A stretch of DNA of 64,000 nucleotides from a virus. Its lineage: Duplodnaviria > Caudoviricetes. Shown here in pieces: positions 1 through 9,446 of this stretch. The DNA is taken from IMG/VR virus record IMGVR_UViG_2775507207_000001, positions 8,017-72,016 of that record; one strand, 5' to 3'. The notes beneath the pieces are model-generated. The model was not told the origin of the DNA, did not search any database, and saw only the letters and a list, made by a program, of their open reading frames with translations. The stretch's first letter is position 1. Each line of letters starts with the position of its first letter. The position numbers and the translations under genes are program-made.

Positions 1-95
1 CCAGTTCCTCCCGGCACACACCACCACAGTGCTGTCGGGTCGCGACGAAGGTAGGAGGGCACACCACATGCAAACCACCTCCCTTTATCGCGCTG

Positions 96-183
96 CCAAG
101 ACACGGATGTCTTGGGTTGCTGCCTTTTCCACCACAGATTAGGCAGCTGTTGCGCCAGAGGTGAGCAACGGATTGTTCGCCTC
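96..183 (+). ncRNA. Two ACGGAT-loop hairpins (TwoAYGGAY-like, candidate RsmA/CsrA sites) in the leader of the CII gene
   Basis: CCAAGAC-ACGGAT-GTCTTGG (96-115) and GAGGTGAGCA-ACGGAT-TGTTCGCCTC (158-183). Confidence 0.6.
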
Positions 184-301
184 GGCACGGTGCCGGTTTT
201 GATCCCTAGATCTTGCCGGCGTTTGGGCCCTTTCAAGCCACGCGGCAAATGTATCACCACTACACGTCGCGGGGCACTGGCAACTTAGTAGGATTAATGC
301 C

Positions 302-820
302 ATGAGCCGAGTAGCTTTAAGCTGTGTTGATCGAGCGCAAAAGGAAGTACTGACGCTCGAATTAGCCTTGTACCACGCCGCACGGGACTATCCCGGCGGT
401 GCCGCAGCAATCGCCGCCACCACCGGCCGCAATGCCACCACGCTGCAGCACAAGTTGTCTCCCACCCATCCCTCGCACACCGTCAACATTCAGGAGTTCG
501 GCGAGATCCTCGAACTGACCAAGGACCGCCGCATTCTCGATGCGGTGCATGCCCTTGTCGGCGACACGATCTGGCAGGAACTGGCTGAGGCGTACACCAA
601 TGACATGCCTGAGACCCTGACCACGGGTATCGCCATGTTTTTCCGGCAGGTTGCCGATTTGTCCGAAACCTGGGCCAAGCATATTGGCGACGGCAAGGTC
701 GATGACCGTGAGCTGGCCGAGATCCGCCAGTTAGTGTTTCGCGGTATCCAGGGTTTGTTGGGCATGTACAACCGCGCCCGCTACGTCAACCAGACGACTT
801 GTGGGGTGGAACGTGGCTGA
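302..820 (+). CDS. Phage regulatory CII-family protein
   Basis: YPGGAAAIA...TLQHKLSP motif typical of CII-like proteins; located upstream of the replication genes. Confidence 0.8.
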   Translation: MSRVALSCVDRAQKEVLTLELALYHAARDYPGGAAAIAATTGRNATTLQHKLSPTHPSHTVNIQEFGEILELTKDRRILDAVHALVGDTIWQELAEAYTNDMPETLTTGIAMFFRQVADLSETWAKHIGDGKVDDRELAEIRQLVFRGIQGLLGMYNRARYVNQTTCGVERG

Positions 821-1040
821 TATCGCTGACTTCGCAAATGACCTGGTGCAAGAGCGCATAGATCAGGCCGTCGCTGCACGCCTGGCGCTGATGCCCAACA
901 CGGCTCAGCATTCGCTGATGTTCTGTGACGAATGCGATGGCCCCATTCCCGAGGCCCGTCGTTTGGCACAGCCCGGTTGCACGCTCTGCATTGAGTGCAA
1001 GACCGCCGATGATCAGAGGGCTGCCCGTTATGCTCGATGA
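813..1040 (+). CDS. TraR/DksA C4 zinc-finger protein (PtrB-like)
   Basis: CDECDGPIPEARRLAQPGCTLCIEC; GTG start overlaps the upstream stop. Confidence 0.85.
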   Translation: MADIADFANDLVQERIDQAVAARLALMPNTAQHSLMFCDECDGPIPEARRLAQPGCTLCIECKTADDQRAARYAR

Positions 1041-3246
1041 TGTGATCAATCAGTTCGCGGACTATGGTCTCGAGCCCGCTCAACCCTTGGTATTCGGCAA
1101 ACTCACCCGCTGCAAAACCACCCAGGACAAAGGCAAAGAAAAAAACGGCTGGTACGTCATCCACGAACACCGCACTGAAAAAAACGAGACGCTGATCTTC
1201 GGCAGCTTCGGTGACTGGCGTTCTGGCGACACCCTGAAGATCAAGGTTAAACCCGGACGTATGAGCCCCGAGGAGCGCGAGGTCATGCGCGCTCGCCAGG
1301 AGGATGCCAAGCGTAAAGCTGCCGAGATCGCGGCCAACGCATCACGCCGAGCGGCCAACCGTGCTGCCGGTCTGTTCAAGCGAATGCCCGAAAAGGGTAA
1401 GAGCGCTTATCTGGATCGAAAGCAGATCGTCGGCTTCAAGGTTCGCTATGCGCCACGTACTGGCGCATTTTTGGTGCCCATGTGCAACGTCCGTGACCAG
1501 ATCGTCGGCCTGCAGGTGATCTTTCCAGCGAAGCATGAAGACACTGGGCGGGATAAGCAGTACTGGCCGCCCGGTATGTCAAAAGAGGGCGCTTTCCACC
1601 TGATCGGCCCCCACCCAGAGCCAGGCGAACCGGTGCTGGTGTGTGAGGGCTACGCCACGGGCGCAAGCTTGCACATGGCGACGTCGCTCACTGTTGCTAT
1701 CGCCTTCGACGCGGGCAACCTGCTGCCTGTCTCCAAGGCCATGCGCGAGCGCTTCCCTGGCTGTCCACTTATCATCTGCCGGGACGACGACTGGAAAACC
1801 AAGCGTCCCAATGGTGGCCCCTGGAACCCCGGCGAAGAGAAAGCCAACAACGCCGCGCTGGTTGTCGGTGGTCAAGTCGTCTCCCCGGTGTTCTCCGGCG
1901 AGCGCGAGATCAAGTGGACCGACTTCAACGACTTGCACGTCGCCGAGGGGTTGGAGGCCGTCCGCCGCCAGGTGCTTGCGGTGGTCAAGCCTCCTGCAGC
2001 GGGTGGCTGGAAGGATCAACTGGCCCGCACCGAAAATGGCTCCCTGATCGCGCACATGCAAAACGTCGAGCTGATCCTGGGCAATGACGAACGCTGGGCC
2101 GGTGTCATCGGCTACAGCGTGTTCAGCTCCAAGATCGTCAAGCTGCGGTCTGCGCCCTTCGGCGGCGGTGCCGGCGACTGGGCTGACATTGACGACATGC
2201 GAGTGATGAAGTGGCTCGCGCAGCAATACAACCTGCGGGTCAAAGCCTCCCATGTGATCGAGGCGGTCAGTGTGGTTGCCCACGACCATGCCTTCCACCC
2301 GGTGCGTGAGTACTTGGAGAAGCTGGAATGGGATCGCGTGCCACGCATTGAAACCTGGCTGACCGACGTGCTGGGCGTTCAGGCCAGCGAGTACTCGGCA
2401 AAGGTCGGCAAGCGCTGGCTAATCTCGGCTGTGGCTCGGGTTATGCGCCCAGGCTGCAAGGCCGATTCTGTGATGATCCTCGAAGGCGGGCAGGGCGCCG
2501 GTAAGTCCACGGCCATGGGCGTCCTCGGCGGCGAGTGGTTCATGGACACGCCCTTTGCCCTCGGTGATAAGGACAGCTTCCAGGCGATTCGCGGCAAATG
2601 GATCGTCGAGTTGGGCGAGCTGGACAGCTTCAACAAGGCGGAAAGCACCAAGGCCAAACAGTTCTTCTCTGCTTCCACCGATACCTACCGAGAGAGCTAC
2701 GGCCGCAGAACGAATGACGTGCCACGCCAGTGTGTTTTCGTGGGCACCACCAACCAAGAGGAGTACCTCAAGGACGCCACGGGCAACCGCCGCTACTGGC
2801 CGGTGTTCTGCAACAAGGTCGATCTGGAGCAACTGCGCGAGATCCGCGATCAGCTGTGGGCTGAGGCGCTGTTCTGCTTTGAAGCGGGCGATATCTGGTG
2901 GGTGAATAAGGACGAGTCCAAGATGTTCGCCGAGGCTCAAGACGAGCGTTTCGTGGTGGATGAATGGGAGGGGCCAATCCTGGCCTGGATGGAAGAGTCG
3001 CAGATCGGCGAAACCGCCACCGGCAATGAGATTCTGACCCAGGCGCTGAAACTGGACTTCGGCCATTGGGGTAAACCCGAACAGATGCGGGTCGGGGCGA
3101 TCATGCACCGGCTGGGCTGGCGCAAGCGGCGTATGCCTGCTCTGCCAAAAAGCGGTGTGCGGCCATGGGCCTATGAAAAGCCTGCGGGTTGGGGGCGTGT
3201 GTCTGCGTTGCAGCAGGCGGTGATCGAGGAGCCTTGCTTTGATTAA
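1030..3246 (+). CDS. Phage primase-helicase (TOPRIM plus VirE/VapE NTPase)
   Basis: VCEGYATG and DFND toprim motifs; Walker A GGQGAGKS; TGNRRYWP VirE motif. Confidence 0.9.
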   Translation: MLDDVINQFADYGLEPAQPLVFGKLTRCKTTQDKGKEKNGWYVIHEHRTEKNETLIFGSFGDWRSGDTLKIKVKPGRMSPEEREVMRARQEDAKRKAAEIAANASRRAANRAAGLFKRMPEKGKSAYLDRKQIVGFKVRYAPRTGAFLVPMCNVRDQIVGLQVIFPAKHEDTGRDKQYWPPGMSKEGAFHLIGPHPEPGEPVLVCEGYATGASLHMATSLTVAIAFDAGNLLPVSKAMRERFPGCPLIICRDDDWKTKRPNGGPWNPGEEKANNAALVVGGQVVSPVFSGEREIKWTDFNDLHVAEGLEAVRRQVLAVVKPPAAGGWKDQLARTENGSLIAHMQNVELILGNDERWAGVIGYSVFSSKIVKLRSAPFGGGAGDWADIDDMRVMKWLAQQYNLRVKASHVIEAVSVVAHDHAFHPVREYLEKLEWDRVPRIETWLTDVLGVQASEYSAKVGKRWLISAVARVMRPGCKADSVMILEGGQGAGKSTAMGVLGGEWFMDTPFALGDKDSFQAIRGKWIVELGELDSFNKAESTKAKQFFSASTDTYRESYGRRTNDVPRQCVFVGTTNQEEYLKDATGNRRYWPVFCNKVDLEQLREIRDQLWAEALFCFEAGDIWWVNKDESKMFAEAQDERFVVDEWEGPILAWMEESQIGETATGNEILTQALKLDFGHWGKPEQMRVGAIMHRLGWRKRRMPALPKSGVRPWAYEKPAGWGRVSALQQAVIEEPCFD

Positions 3247-3604
3247 GCGAATCGATGAGATGCTCAAACTGTGGGCGCAGGATCTGCATTCGCCTGTGCC
3301 AGACGGTGCTGGCGGGCCGAGTGGCGGCAACATGATCGCCATGCTGATGGAGTGCAAAGGGGAGTTGATACGCGGCACGCGTGGAAGTCGGGTGCTGCTG
3401 GATGAATCGGCCGACATTGAGCTGATCGTCAACAAGCACTTGCCGCCGCAGCTGTCGCTTGTCGTACGCGAGCACTACTGCAACCACGAAAGCTTCCTGT
3501 CGCAGAAGTACACCCACTGCGGATGCAGCCGGGATACCTATTACCAGCGGCTCCATGAGGCACACCTGCACATCGCCGGCATGCTGATGGGGAAGGCTGC
3601 ATGA
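3239..3604 (+). CDS. PA0613-like phage protein, possible late regulator or antiterminator
   Basis: C-terminal HTH-like segment (CGCSRDTYYQRLHEAH); occupies the Q-like position before the lysis/late genes. Confidence 0.55.
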   Translation: MIKRIDEMLKLWAQDLHSPVPDGAGGPSGGNMIAMLMECKGELIRGTRGSRVLLDESADIELIVNKHLPPQLSLVVREHYCNHESFLSQKYTHCGCSRDTYYQRLHEAHLHIAGMLMGKAA

Positions 3605-3629
3605 TCCTCGGCATCACTCCGCGTGCCTC

Positions 3630-3906
3630 TGTCCTACTGTCCTGCTTTGTCCGACTGCCATTTGGCGCAGTCGGACAGGCGCAGGCCGCGCCGTTGCTGG
3701 GCTGTCCTACTGTCCAACCTTTACCCACCCCACGCACACATGAGCATAGCGGGCACGTAGTCGCGCCCATGGCGCGCACGCGTGCTTTTAGCTTTCTCTC
3801 TATACACAAGAGAAAAGTAATAAAGGTAGGACAGTAGGGCAGAGCCCTGTATTTAGGCGTCTGTAGCTGTCCTACTCCGATCTAGAATAGTGGGACAAGT
3901 AAGACA
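3630..3906. repeat. Iteron array (TGTCC[T/G/A]AC-type octamers in both orientations) flanking an AT-rich core; putative phage replication origin
   Basis: About 11 copies, e.g. 3630, 3638, 3648, 3703, 3711, 3868 (+) and 3670, 3826, 3834, 3890, 3899 (-); AT-rich 3785-3825. Confidence 0.7.
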
Positions 3907-4087
3907 GGGCACCAGAAGCGATAGCCGATAGAATGCGTTGTCCCTGCGTCGCACCTGCGTCATACCTGTATCGCACCCATATTGCGCCATGGCATTAAAA
4001 CTCCCTTGCTGCCACCGGAATCCACCTGTAAAAAGTACCCATCTTCGATAGGTGCGACCGCAAGCAGCGGGACACACCACCACACTG

Positions 4088-4112
4088 AACCCGGCCATTG
4101 CGCCGGGTTTTT
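4088..4112 (+). terminator. Intrinsic terminator in the late leader
   Basis: AACCCGGC-CATTGC-GCCGGGTT followed by a T tract. Confidence 0.75.
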
Positions 4113-4142
4113 GCGTTTATGGAGGGGGCAGAAGTGATTTTT

Positions 4143-4505
4143 TCAGTTCTCGGAGGGTTCGGCTTTTTCGGCTCTTTCCTTGAGCACGGTCGCTCGCCAA
4201 ATTGCTGCGAACAGAGTTCCGGCGCCAAGGAATACGAAGAAATTCATGAAATACACAAAGAGTTCGATCACTTCAATTCTGCTCACTGGCCCATTCGACG
4301 TTGCAAAGGTTGCAAAACCATATGCACTTCTAGCCATTACGAATGCCACCATGACCAATACGGCTACTTTGGCGCCGAATGACCGAATCTTCCGTATCTG
4401 CATTGCCGCACTCTGTCTGCTCTCGGGGCTGGCGAACAGCCAGGCAACGATACCGCCTGAGATTACAGACGCGATTACTGTTTGAACGAAAAGCGATGTA
4501 TCCAC
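4143..4505 (-). CDS. Small multi-TM membrane protein (moron)
   Basis: AAGGAG RBS with GTG start; three hydrophobic segments; antisense to the late operon. Confidence 0.65.
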   Translation of the reverse strand: MDTSLFVQTVIASVISGGIVAWLFASPESRQSAAMQIRKIRSFGAKVAVLVMVAFVMARSAYGFATFATSNGPVSRIEVIELFVYFMNFFVFLGAGTLFAAIWRATVLKERAEKAEPSEN

Positions 4506-4597
4506 CTGATTCTCCTTGAATCGTAGTTGGGGCGAATGAGCAGACCTTATCAAAGAACCCGGTTTGAAAGCCGGCTTCTGCATTTCTGGAGTTGTGT

Positions 4598-4942
4598 ATG
4601 ACGAACGAGCAGCAAGCGCTTATTGATATGCCGATCTGGATGGTGATCGTGCTGTCCCTGGTCGGCGGCATATCCGGCGAAGCATGGCGGGCCGACAAAG
4701 CGGGGGTAAGTGGCTGGTCCTTGATTCGCCGCTTGCTCCTTCGATCCGGGGCCTGCGTGGTTTGCGGGCTTTCCACCATGATGTTGCTGCACGCTTCGGG
4801 CATGTCGGTCCTGGCGGCAGGGAGCATCGGATGCCTCACCGCGATGGCCGGCGCCGATGTTGCCATCGGGCTGTATGAACGCTGGGCCGCCAAGCGGTTG
4901 GGCGTGTGCGATGTGCCGCCCTCGGGCAGCGGTCAGGCGTGA
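4598..4942 (+). CDS. Phage holin
   Basis: Hydrophobic TM segments; clearly homologous to the tailocin holin at 37484. Confidence 0.85.
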   Translation: MTNEQQALIDMPIWMVIVLSLVGGISGEAWRADKAGVSGWSLIRRLLLRSGACVVCGLSTMMLLHASGMSVLAAGSIGCLTAMAGADVAIGLYERWAAKRLGVCDVPPSGSGQA

Positions 4943-5010
4943 TGCTCTGGAGGCCACGGAATACGTGGCTTGTGGCGGTGCGCGTCAAAATGGTGCGCCG
5001 AAAGTCGCCG

Positions 5011-5135
5011 GGGACCCTGGCGGCATTCGAGGGACACGGGGCATGAAACCCGCGGGAAAGCGTTAGCGGCAGGGCTGCCAGCTTACTGAAATTCAATCCA
5101 CTGAAATTGAAAGGTTTCCATTGAAAAGCCGTTGA
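5011..5135 (+). other. Lambda-like cos site (cosQ-, cosN- and cosB-like elements)
   Basis: GGGACCC (5011-17); ACG^GGGCATGAAACC^CGCGGG (12-mer at 5039-50) parallels lambda ACG^GGGCGGCGACCT^CGCGGG; TGAAA repeats precede terS. Confidence 0.7.
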
Positions 5136-5147
5136 AAAGGAGGGCTT

Positions 5148-5753
5148 ATGACGGATCCACTGTTCCTGTCTAAAAGCGCCTTCGCGGTTCGCATCGGCAG
5201 GACGCCGAGCTACATCACTTGGCTGAAAGACAACAACCGCCTGGTGCTGTCGCCGGATGGCAAGAAGGTCGACGTGCTGGCAACAGAAGCGCTGATCCTC
5301 GAAACCGCCGACCCCAGCAAGGCTGCCGTCGCGGCTCGGCACCAACAAGACCGGCTCCAGCGTGATGTTTACAGCCAACTGTCCCCCATGGTCGAGCCGA
5401 CTAACACGGCTGCGCCGCCGCAGCCTGCTGGCGCGAAGAGCGGGCAACCCGACTTCCAGAAGGCCCGCGCACACCGCGAGTACTACCTGGCCCAGCTGGC
5501 CGAAGCCGAGTTTCACAAGGTGCAGGGCTCGCTGGTGGATATGAAGGCGGTCACCACCGGGGCCTACAACGCCGGACGCATGCTGCGCGATCAGTTGCTC
5601 AGCATGCCCCCGCAATTGGCCCCAGAACTGGCGGCGATGTCCGACCCTTGGGAGATTGAGCAGCACCTGACCAAGGCGCTGCGGCAGTCCCTGGAAGAGG
5701 CCGAGCGCATGTCTTCGGCTGACCTTGAACGCGATCTGATCACTACGAGTTAA
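5148..5753 (+). CDS. Terminase small subunit
   Basis: N-terminal HTH and coiled coil; lies between cos and the large subunit. Confidence 0.85.
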   Translation: MTDPLFLSKSAFAVRIGRTPSYITWLKDNNRLVLSPDGKKVDVLATEALILETADPSKAAVAARHQQDRLQRDVYSQLSPMVEPTNTAAPPQPAGAKSGQPDFQKARAHREYYLAQLAEAEFHKVQGSLVDMKAVTTGAYNAGRMLRDQLLSMPPQLAPELAAMSDPWEIEQHLTKALRQSLEEAERMSSADLERDLITTS

Positions 5754-5756
5754 CCC

Positions 5757-7757
5757 ATGCAGACGGAAAAACCTGACGGCGCTGAGGTGTACCGTGAGGC
5801 GTATTTCCGTGGGCTGCGTCCAGACCCCAGCCTCTGGGTGGACGAGTGGGCCGACGAGTACATGCGCATCCCGCGTGATACCGGCGCCGCCGAGCCAGGG
5901 AAATATCGCACCGTGCGAACGCCCTACGCACGCGAGCCAATGCGTTGCCTGTCACCGGCTCACCCGTGCAAGCGCGTGGTCACCATGGTTGCCTCGCAAC
6001 TGATGAAAACCCAGATCGCATTGAACTGGATCGGCGCGTTGATTCACATGGTGCCGTCGAACATCCTCACGCTGCTGCCCAGCCTGGGTCTGGCAAAGCG
6101 GGTGTCGTCTCGGATAGGCAAGACCATCAAGGCCACCCCGGTGCTGCGCGAACGTGTGGCGGCGAGCCGCTCGCGGGACTCGCGCAATACCATGGACACC
6201 AAGGAGTTCGAGGGAGGCTCGCTGTACGTCACCACTGCCGGCTCTGCGGCCAACTTGGCCGAGTTGTCGGCGCGCTATGTGTACGGCGATGAGATCGACC
6301 GTTGGGAGGTCGACGTAGGCGAAGAGGGCGATCCCATCGAACTGGCGGAAACGCGGGGCAGTACCTTCGGCCGCAATGCCAAGTTCTACTTCTCCAGTTC
6401 GCCGACCATCAAGGGCGCCTCGCGCATCGACGATCTGTTCGAGGGTAGCGACCAGCGTTACTACTACGTGCCGTGCCCCACCTGCGGGCACATGCAAACC
6501 TTGGAGTGGGAGCGGCTGCATTATTCCCAGGACTTCAGCGTGGTGCATTACGAGTGCGCCGGGCCTGACTGCGATGTGCTGATCGAGGAACACCACAAGG
6601 GAGACATGCTCGCCCGAGGCGAGTGGCGTGCCCATGCCAAGGGCGATGGCGAGACGGTCGGCTTCCACCTCAACGCGCTGTATTCACCGCTGGGATGGAC
6701 GGGCTGGAAGTCGCTGGCGAAGCAATTCGAGAAGGCGAAAAAGGCCCAGGCCAAAGGCGACCTTGAACCCATGCAGGTGTTCTACAACACCCGCCTGGCT
6801 AAGGTGTGGGACAGCGCGCAAGAGCAGACCAAGGCATCGGTACTGATCGAGCGTGCACGCCGGGAAGGGTTCTCCCTCGGTGCGATGCCCGCCGCCGTGA
6901 TGATGATCACGGGCGCCGTCGACGTACAGGCCGACCGTCTGGAGTTCATGGCAATGGGCTGGGGTGTCGGCATGGAGCGCTGGGTCATCGACCACAGGGT
7001 GATCGCGGGCGACCCTTCGGACGAGCGCACCTGGGCGGTACTGGATGAACTGCTGAAAGAGCGGTACCGGCATCCGTGTGGCGTCGGCCTGGGCATTCTC
7101 GCGGTCGCCGTCGACTCCGGCGGCCACCACACCGACGAGGTCTACCAGTTCTGCCGCGTGCGGCGCTGGCGCAACATCTTCGCCATCAAGGGCGCGAGCA
7201 AGCCCGGTAAGCCGGTGATCGCTCAACGGCCGTCCATGGTTGATGTGACCTGGAAGGGCCAGACCGAACGAGGCGGCGCCGAGCTGTGGTTTGTCGGTAC
7301 CGACACCGCAAAGGACTGGATATACAACCGTTACCCGTTCGAGTCCGGCCCAGGTGCGCTGCACTTTGCCAACGACCTGCCGGACGAGTTCTTTGCCCAG
7401 TGCGTGGCCGAGCGCAAGGTCGCCAAGTACGTGCGGGGCCACAAGCGTATCGAGTGGATCAAGGGCAAGGCCGAGCGAAACGAAGCCCTCGACCTGATGG
7501 TGTATTGCCTGGCGATGGCGCATTACCTCGGCATCAACCGGTATCAGGAACACGACTGGGATCGGGTACGGAACTCGCTGGCACAGGCCGGTTTATTCGA
7601 TGAAAAGGTGGTCGCTGCTGAGCGTGTAACGGTTGCCCCACAGGCTACCGCGACACCGCAAGTGGCGCCGCAACCCGTTGCCCCGGTCGCCCAACCGCGA
7701 CCCGCTGCACCCCCACAACGCCGCAGTTCCACCAGCGGTTACCTGAAGAGACGCTGA
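5757..7757 (+). CDS. Terminase large subunit (GpA family)
   Basis: ASQLMKT Walker A variant, YGDEID Walker B, SSPTIKG, zinc finger, RNEALD. Confidence 0.95.
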   Translation: MQTEKPDGAEVYREAYFRGLRPDPSLWVDEWADEYMRIPRDTGAAEPGKYRTVRTPYAREPMRCLSPAHPCKRVVTMVASQLMKTQIALNWIGALIHMVPSNILTLLPSLGLAKRVSSRIGKTIKATPVLRERVAASRSRDSRNTMDTKEFEGGSLYVTTAGSAANLAELSARYVYGDEIDRWEVDVGEEGDPIELAETRGSTFGRNAKFYFSSSPTIKGASRIDDLFEGSDQRYYYVPCPTCGHMQTLEWERLHYSQDFSVVHYECAGPDCDVLIEEHHKGDMLARGEWRAHAKGDGETVGFHLNALYSPLGWTGWKSLAKQFEKAKKAQAKGDLEPMQVFYNTRLAKVWDSAQEQTKASVLIERARREGFSLGAMPAAVMMITGAVDVQADRLEFMAMGWGVGMERWVIDHRVIAGDPSDERTWAVLDELLKERYRHPCGVGLGILAVAVDSGGHHTDEVYQFCRVRRWRNIFAIKGASKPGKPVIAQRPSMVDVTWKGQTERGGAELWFVGTDTAKDWIYNRYPFESGPGALHFANDLPDEFFAQCVAERKVAKYVRGHKRIEWIKGKAERNEALDLMVYCLAMAHYLGINRYQEHDWDRVRNSLAQAGLFDEKVVAAERVTVAPQATATPQVAPQPVAPVAQPRPAAPPQRRSSTSGYLKRR

Positions 7758-7758
7758 T

Positions 7759-7965
7759 ATGTCGTTTACCCCGAAGCACCTCGAAGCCATCGAGCGCGCC
7801 ATTGCACGCGGTGAAAAGACCGTGCGCTACAGCGACCGCACGGTGGAATACCGTTCCATCGACGAACTGCTCAAGGCTCGTGACGAGATCCGTACGTCGC
7901 TGAGTCAAGCCGCCGGGCCGCGATCTCGCGTCGTTCGGCTCATGCATGGAGGCAAAGGACTATAA
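7759..7965 (+). CDS. Head-tail joining protein (gpW-like)
   Basis: 68 aa, RTVEYRSIDEL, located between terL and portal. Confidence 0.8.
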   Translation: MSFTPKHLEAIERAIARGEKTVRYSDRTVEYRSIDELLKARDEIRTSLSQAAGPRSRVVRLMHGGKGL

Positions 7966-9446
7966 TGGCACGACACTATCCGACGCTGACCCGTAATGGA
8001 TTCTTGCTGCCGTCGAACATCAAGGCCAGTTACGAAGGCGCGGGTGAGGGCCGACGCTCGGCCAGTTGGGAAGCCACCGACAACGGCATCAACAGCATCA
8101 ACACCCCGGCCCTGCGTAACCTGCGGGCGCGTTCACGGGCGGCGGTGCGCAATGATCCGTACGCCTTCAATGTCATCGACAAGCGCGTCAGCAACCTGAT
8201 CGGCACCGGCATCACCCCCAGGCCGACCACGGATGACGCGGAACTGCGCAAACTCCAGCAGCAATTGTGGGACGACTGGGTTGATGAAGCGGACGCCGAT
8301 GAACTGACCGACTTCTACGGCATGCAGGCCCTGGTGGCGCGCACGGTTGAAACGGCCGGTGAGTGCTTTGTGCGGTTGCGGCCGCGCAGCCTCAGTGAGG
8401 GGTTAGCGGTGCCGCTACAACTGCAGGCGCTGGCACCTGAGTTTGTCCCACATGACAAGTTCGAGACGGCCAAAAACGGCAACGGCATCCGCGCCGGGAT
8501 CGAGTTCAATCCGGCCGGCAAGCGTGTGGCGTACTGGATGTACTTGTCGCACCCACGCGATTCGTCGTCGTTAAACGTCGGTTACAACCAGCTGGTGCGG
8601 GTGCCTGCGACGCAGGTGCTGCATATCTTCGAGCCGATGGAGCCAGGGCAACTGCGCGGTGTACCACGCTTGGCCCCGGTGTTGAAACGCTTGCGAAGTC
8701 TGGACAACTACGACGACGCAGTGCTATTCCGCCAGGAGGTGGCGAACCTGTTTGCCGGCTTCATCAAGCGTCCTGCACCTGAGGCCGGGCCGCAGGCGCG
8801 CAACCCGATGACCGGGGAGCTGCTGGTCACCGACCGCGACGGCTTCACGCCCATGGTCGCCCTGGAACCCGGCACCATGCAGGAGCTGGGGCCAGGTGAA
8901 GAGGTGGAGTTCTCCAAACCGCCGGACGCCGGCAACAACTACCCGGACTTCATGCGGCAGCAGCTGATGGCAGCGGCGGCGGGTTCGGGCACGCCGTACG
9001 AGATCCTCACCGGCGACATGCGCGAGGTCAACGACCGGGCGTTGCGGGTCGTGCTCAACGAGTTCAGGCGGCGCCTGGAGCAGCTGCAATTCGGCGTGTA
9101 TGTGCATCAACTGTGTCGCCCGGTGCGTGCCGCCTGGATGGACATGGCGGTGCTGTCCGGTGCCCTGGTGCTGGAGGACTACGCCCAACGTCGGCGCGAA
9201 TACCTGCGCACACGCTGGGTGCCACAAGGCTGGGCCTACATCCAGCCGGTGCAGGACGTGCAGGCGCGGCGGATGGAAGTGCAGGCGGGCTTCGGTTCGC
9301 GCAGCGAGATGTGTCTGCGCAACGGCTACGACGCGGAAACCATCGACGCGGAAAACGCGGCCGACCTCGCCAGGTCCACCGATCTGGGCCTCAACTACAC
9401 CACGCTTGATGCCATCGAGCCGATTGATGACAAGGAACAACCATGA
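7965..9446 (+). CDS. Portal protein, lambda family
   Basis: LRARSRAAVRND and GQLRGVP motifs. Confidence 0.93.
   Translation: MARHYPTLTRNGFLLPSNIKASYEGAGEGRRSASWEATDNGINSINTPALRNLRARSRAAVRNDPYAFNVIDKRVSNLIGTGITPRPTTDDAELRKLQQQLWDDWVDEADADELTDFYGMQALVARTVETAGECFVRLRPRSLSEGLAVPLQLQALAPEFVPHDKFETAKNGNGIRAGIEFNPAGKRVAYWMYLSHPRDSSSLNVGYNQLVRVPATQVLHIFEPMEPGQLRGVPRLAPVLKRLRSLDNYDDAVLFRQEVANLFAGFIKRPAPEAGPQARNPMTGELLVTDRDGFTPMVALEPGTMQELGPGEEVEFSKPPDAGNNYPDFMRQQLMAAAAGSGTPYEILTGDMREVNDRALRVVLNEFRRRLEQLQFGVYVHQLCRPVRAAWMDMAVLSGALVLEDYAQRRREYLRTRWVPQGWAYIQPVQDVQARRMEVQAGFGSRSEMCLRNGYDAETIDAENAADLARSTDLGLNYTTLDAIEPIDDKEQP

Noticed and set aside
3601-3837. 78-aa ORF after the PA0613-like gene
   Set aside because: Overlies the iteron array; probably non-coding origin DNA
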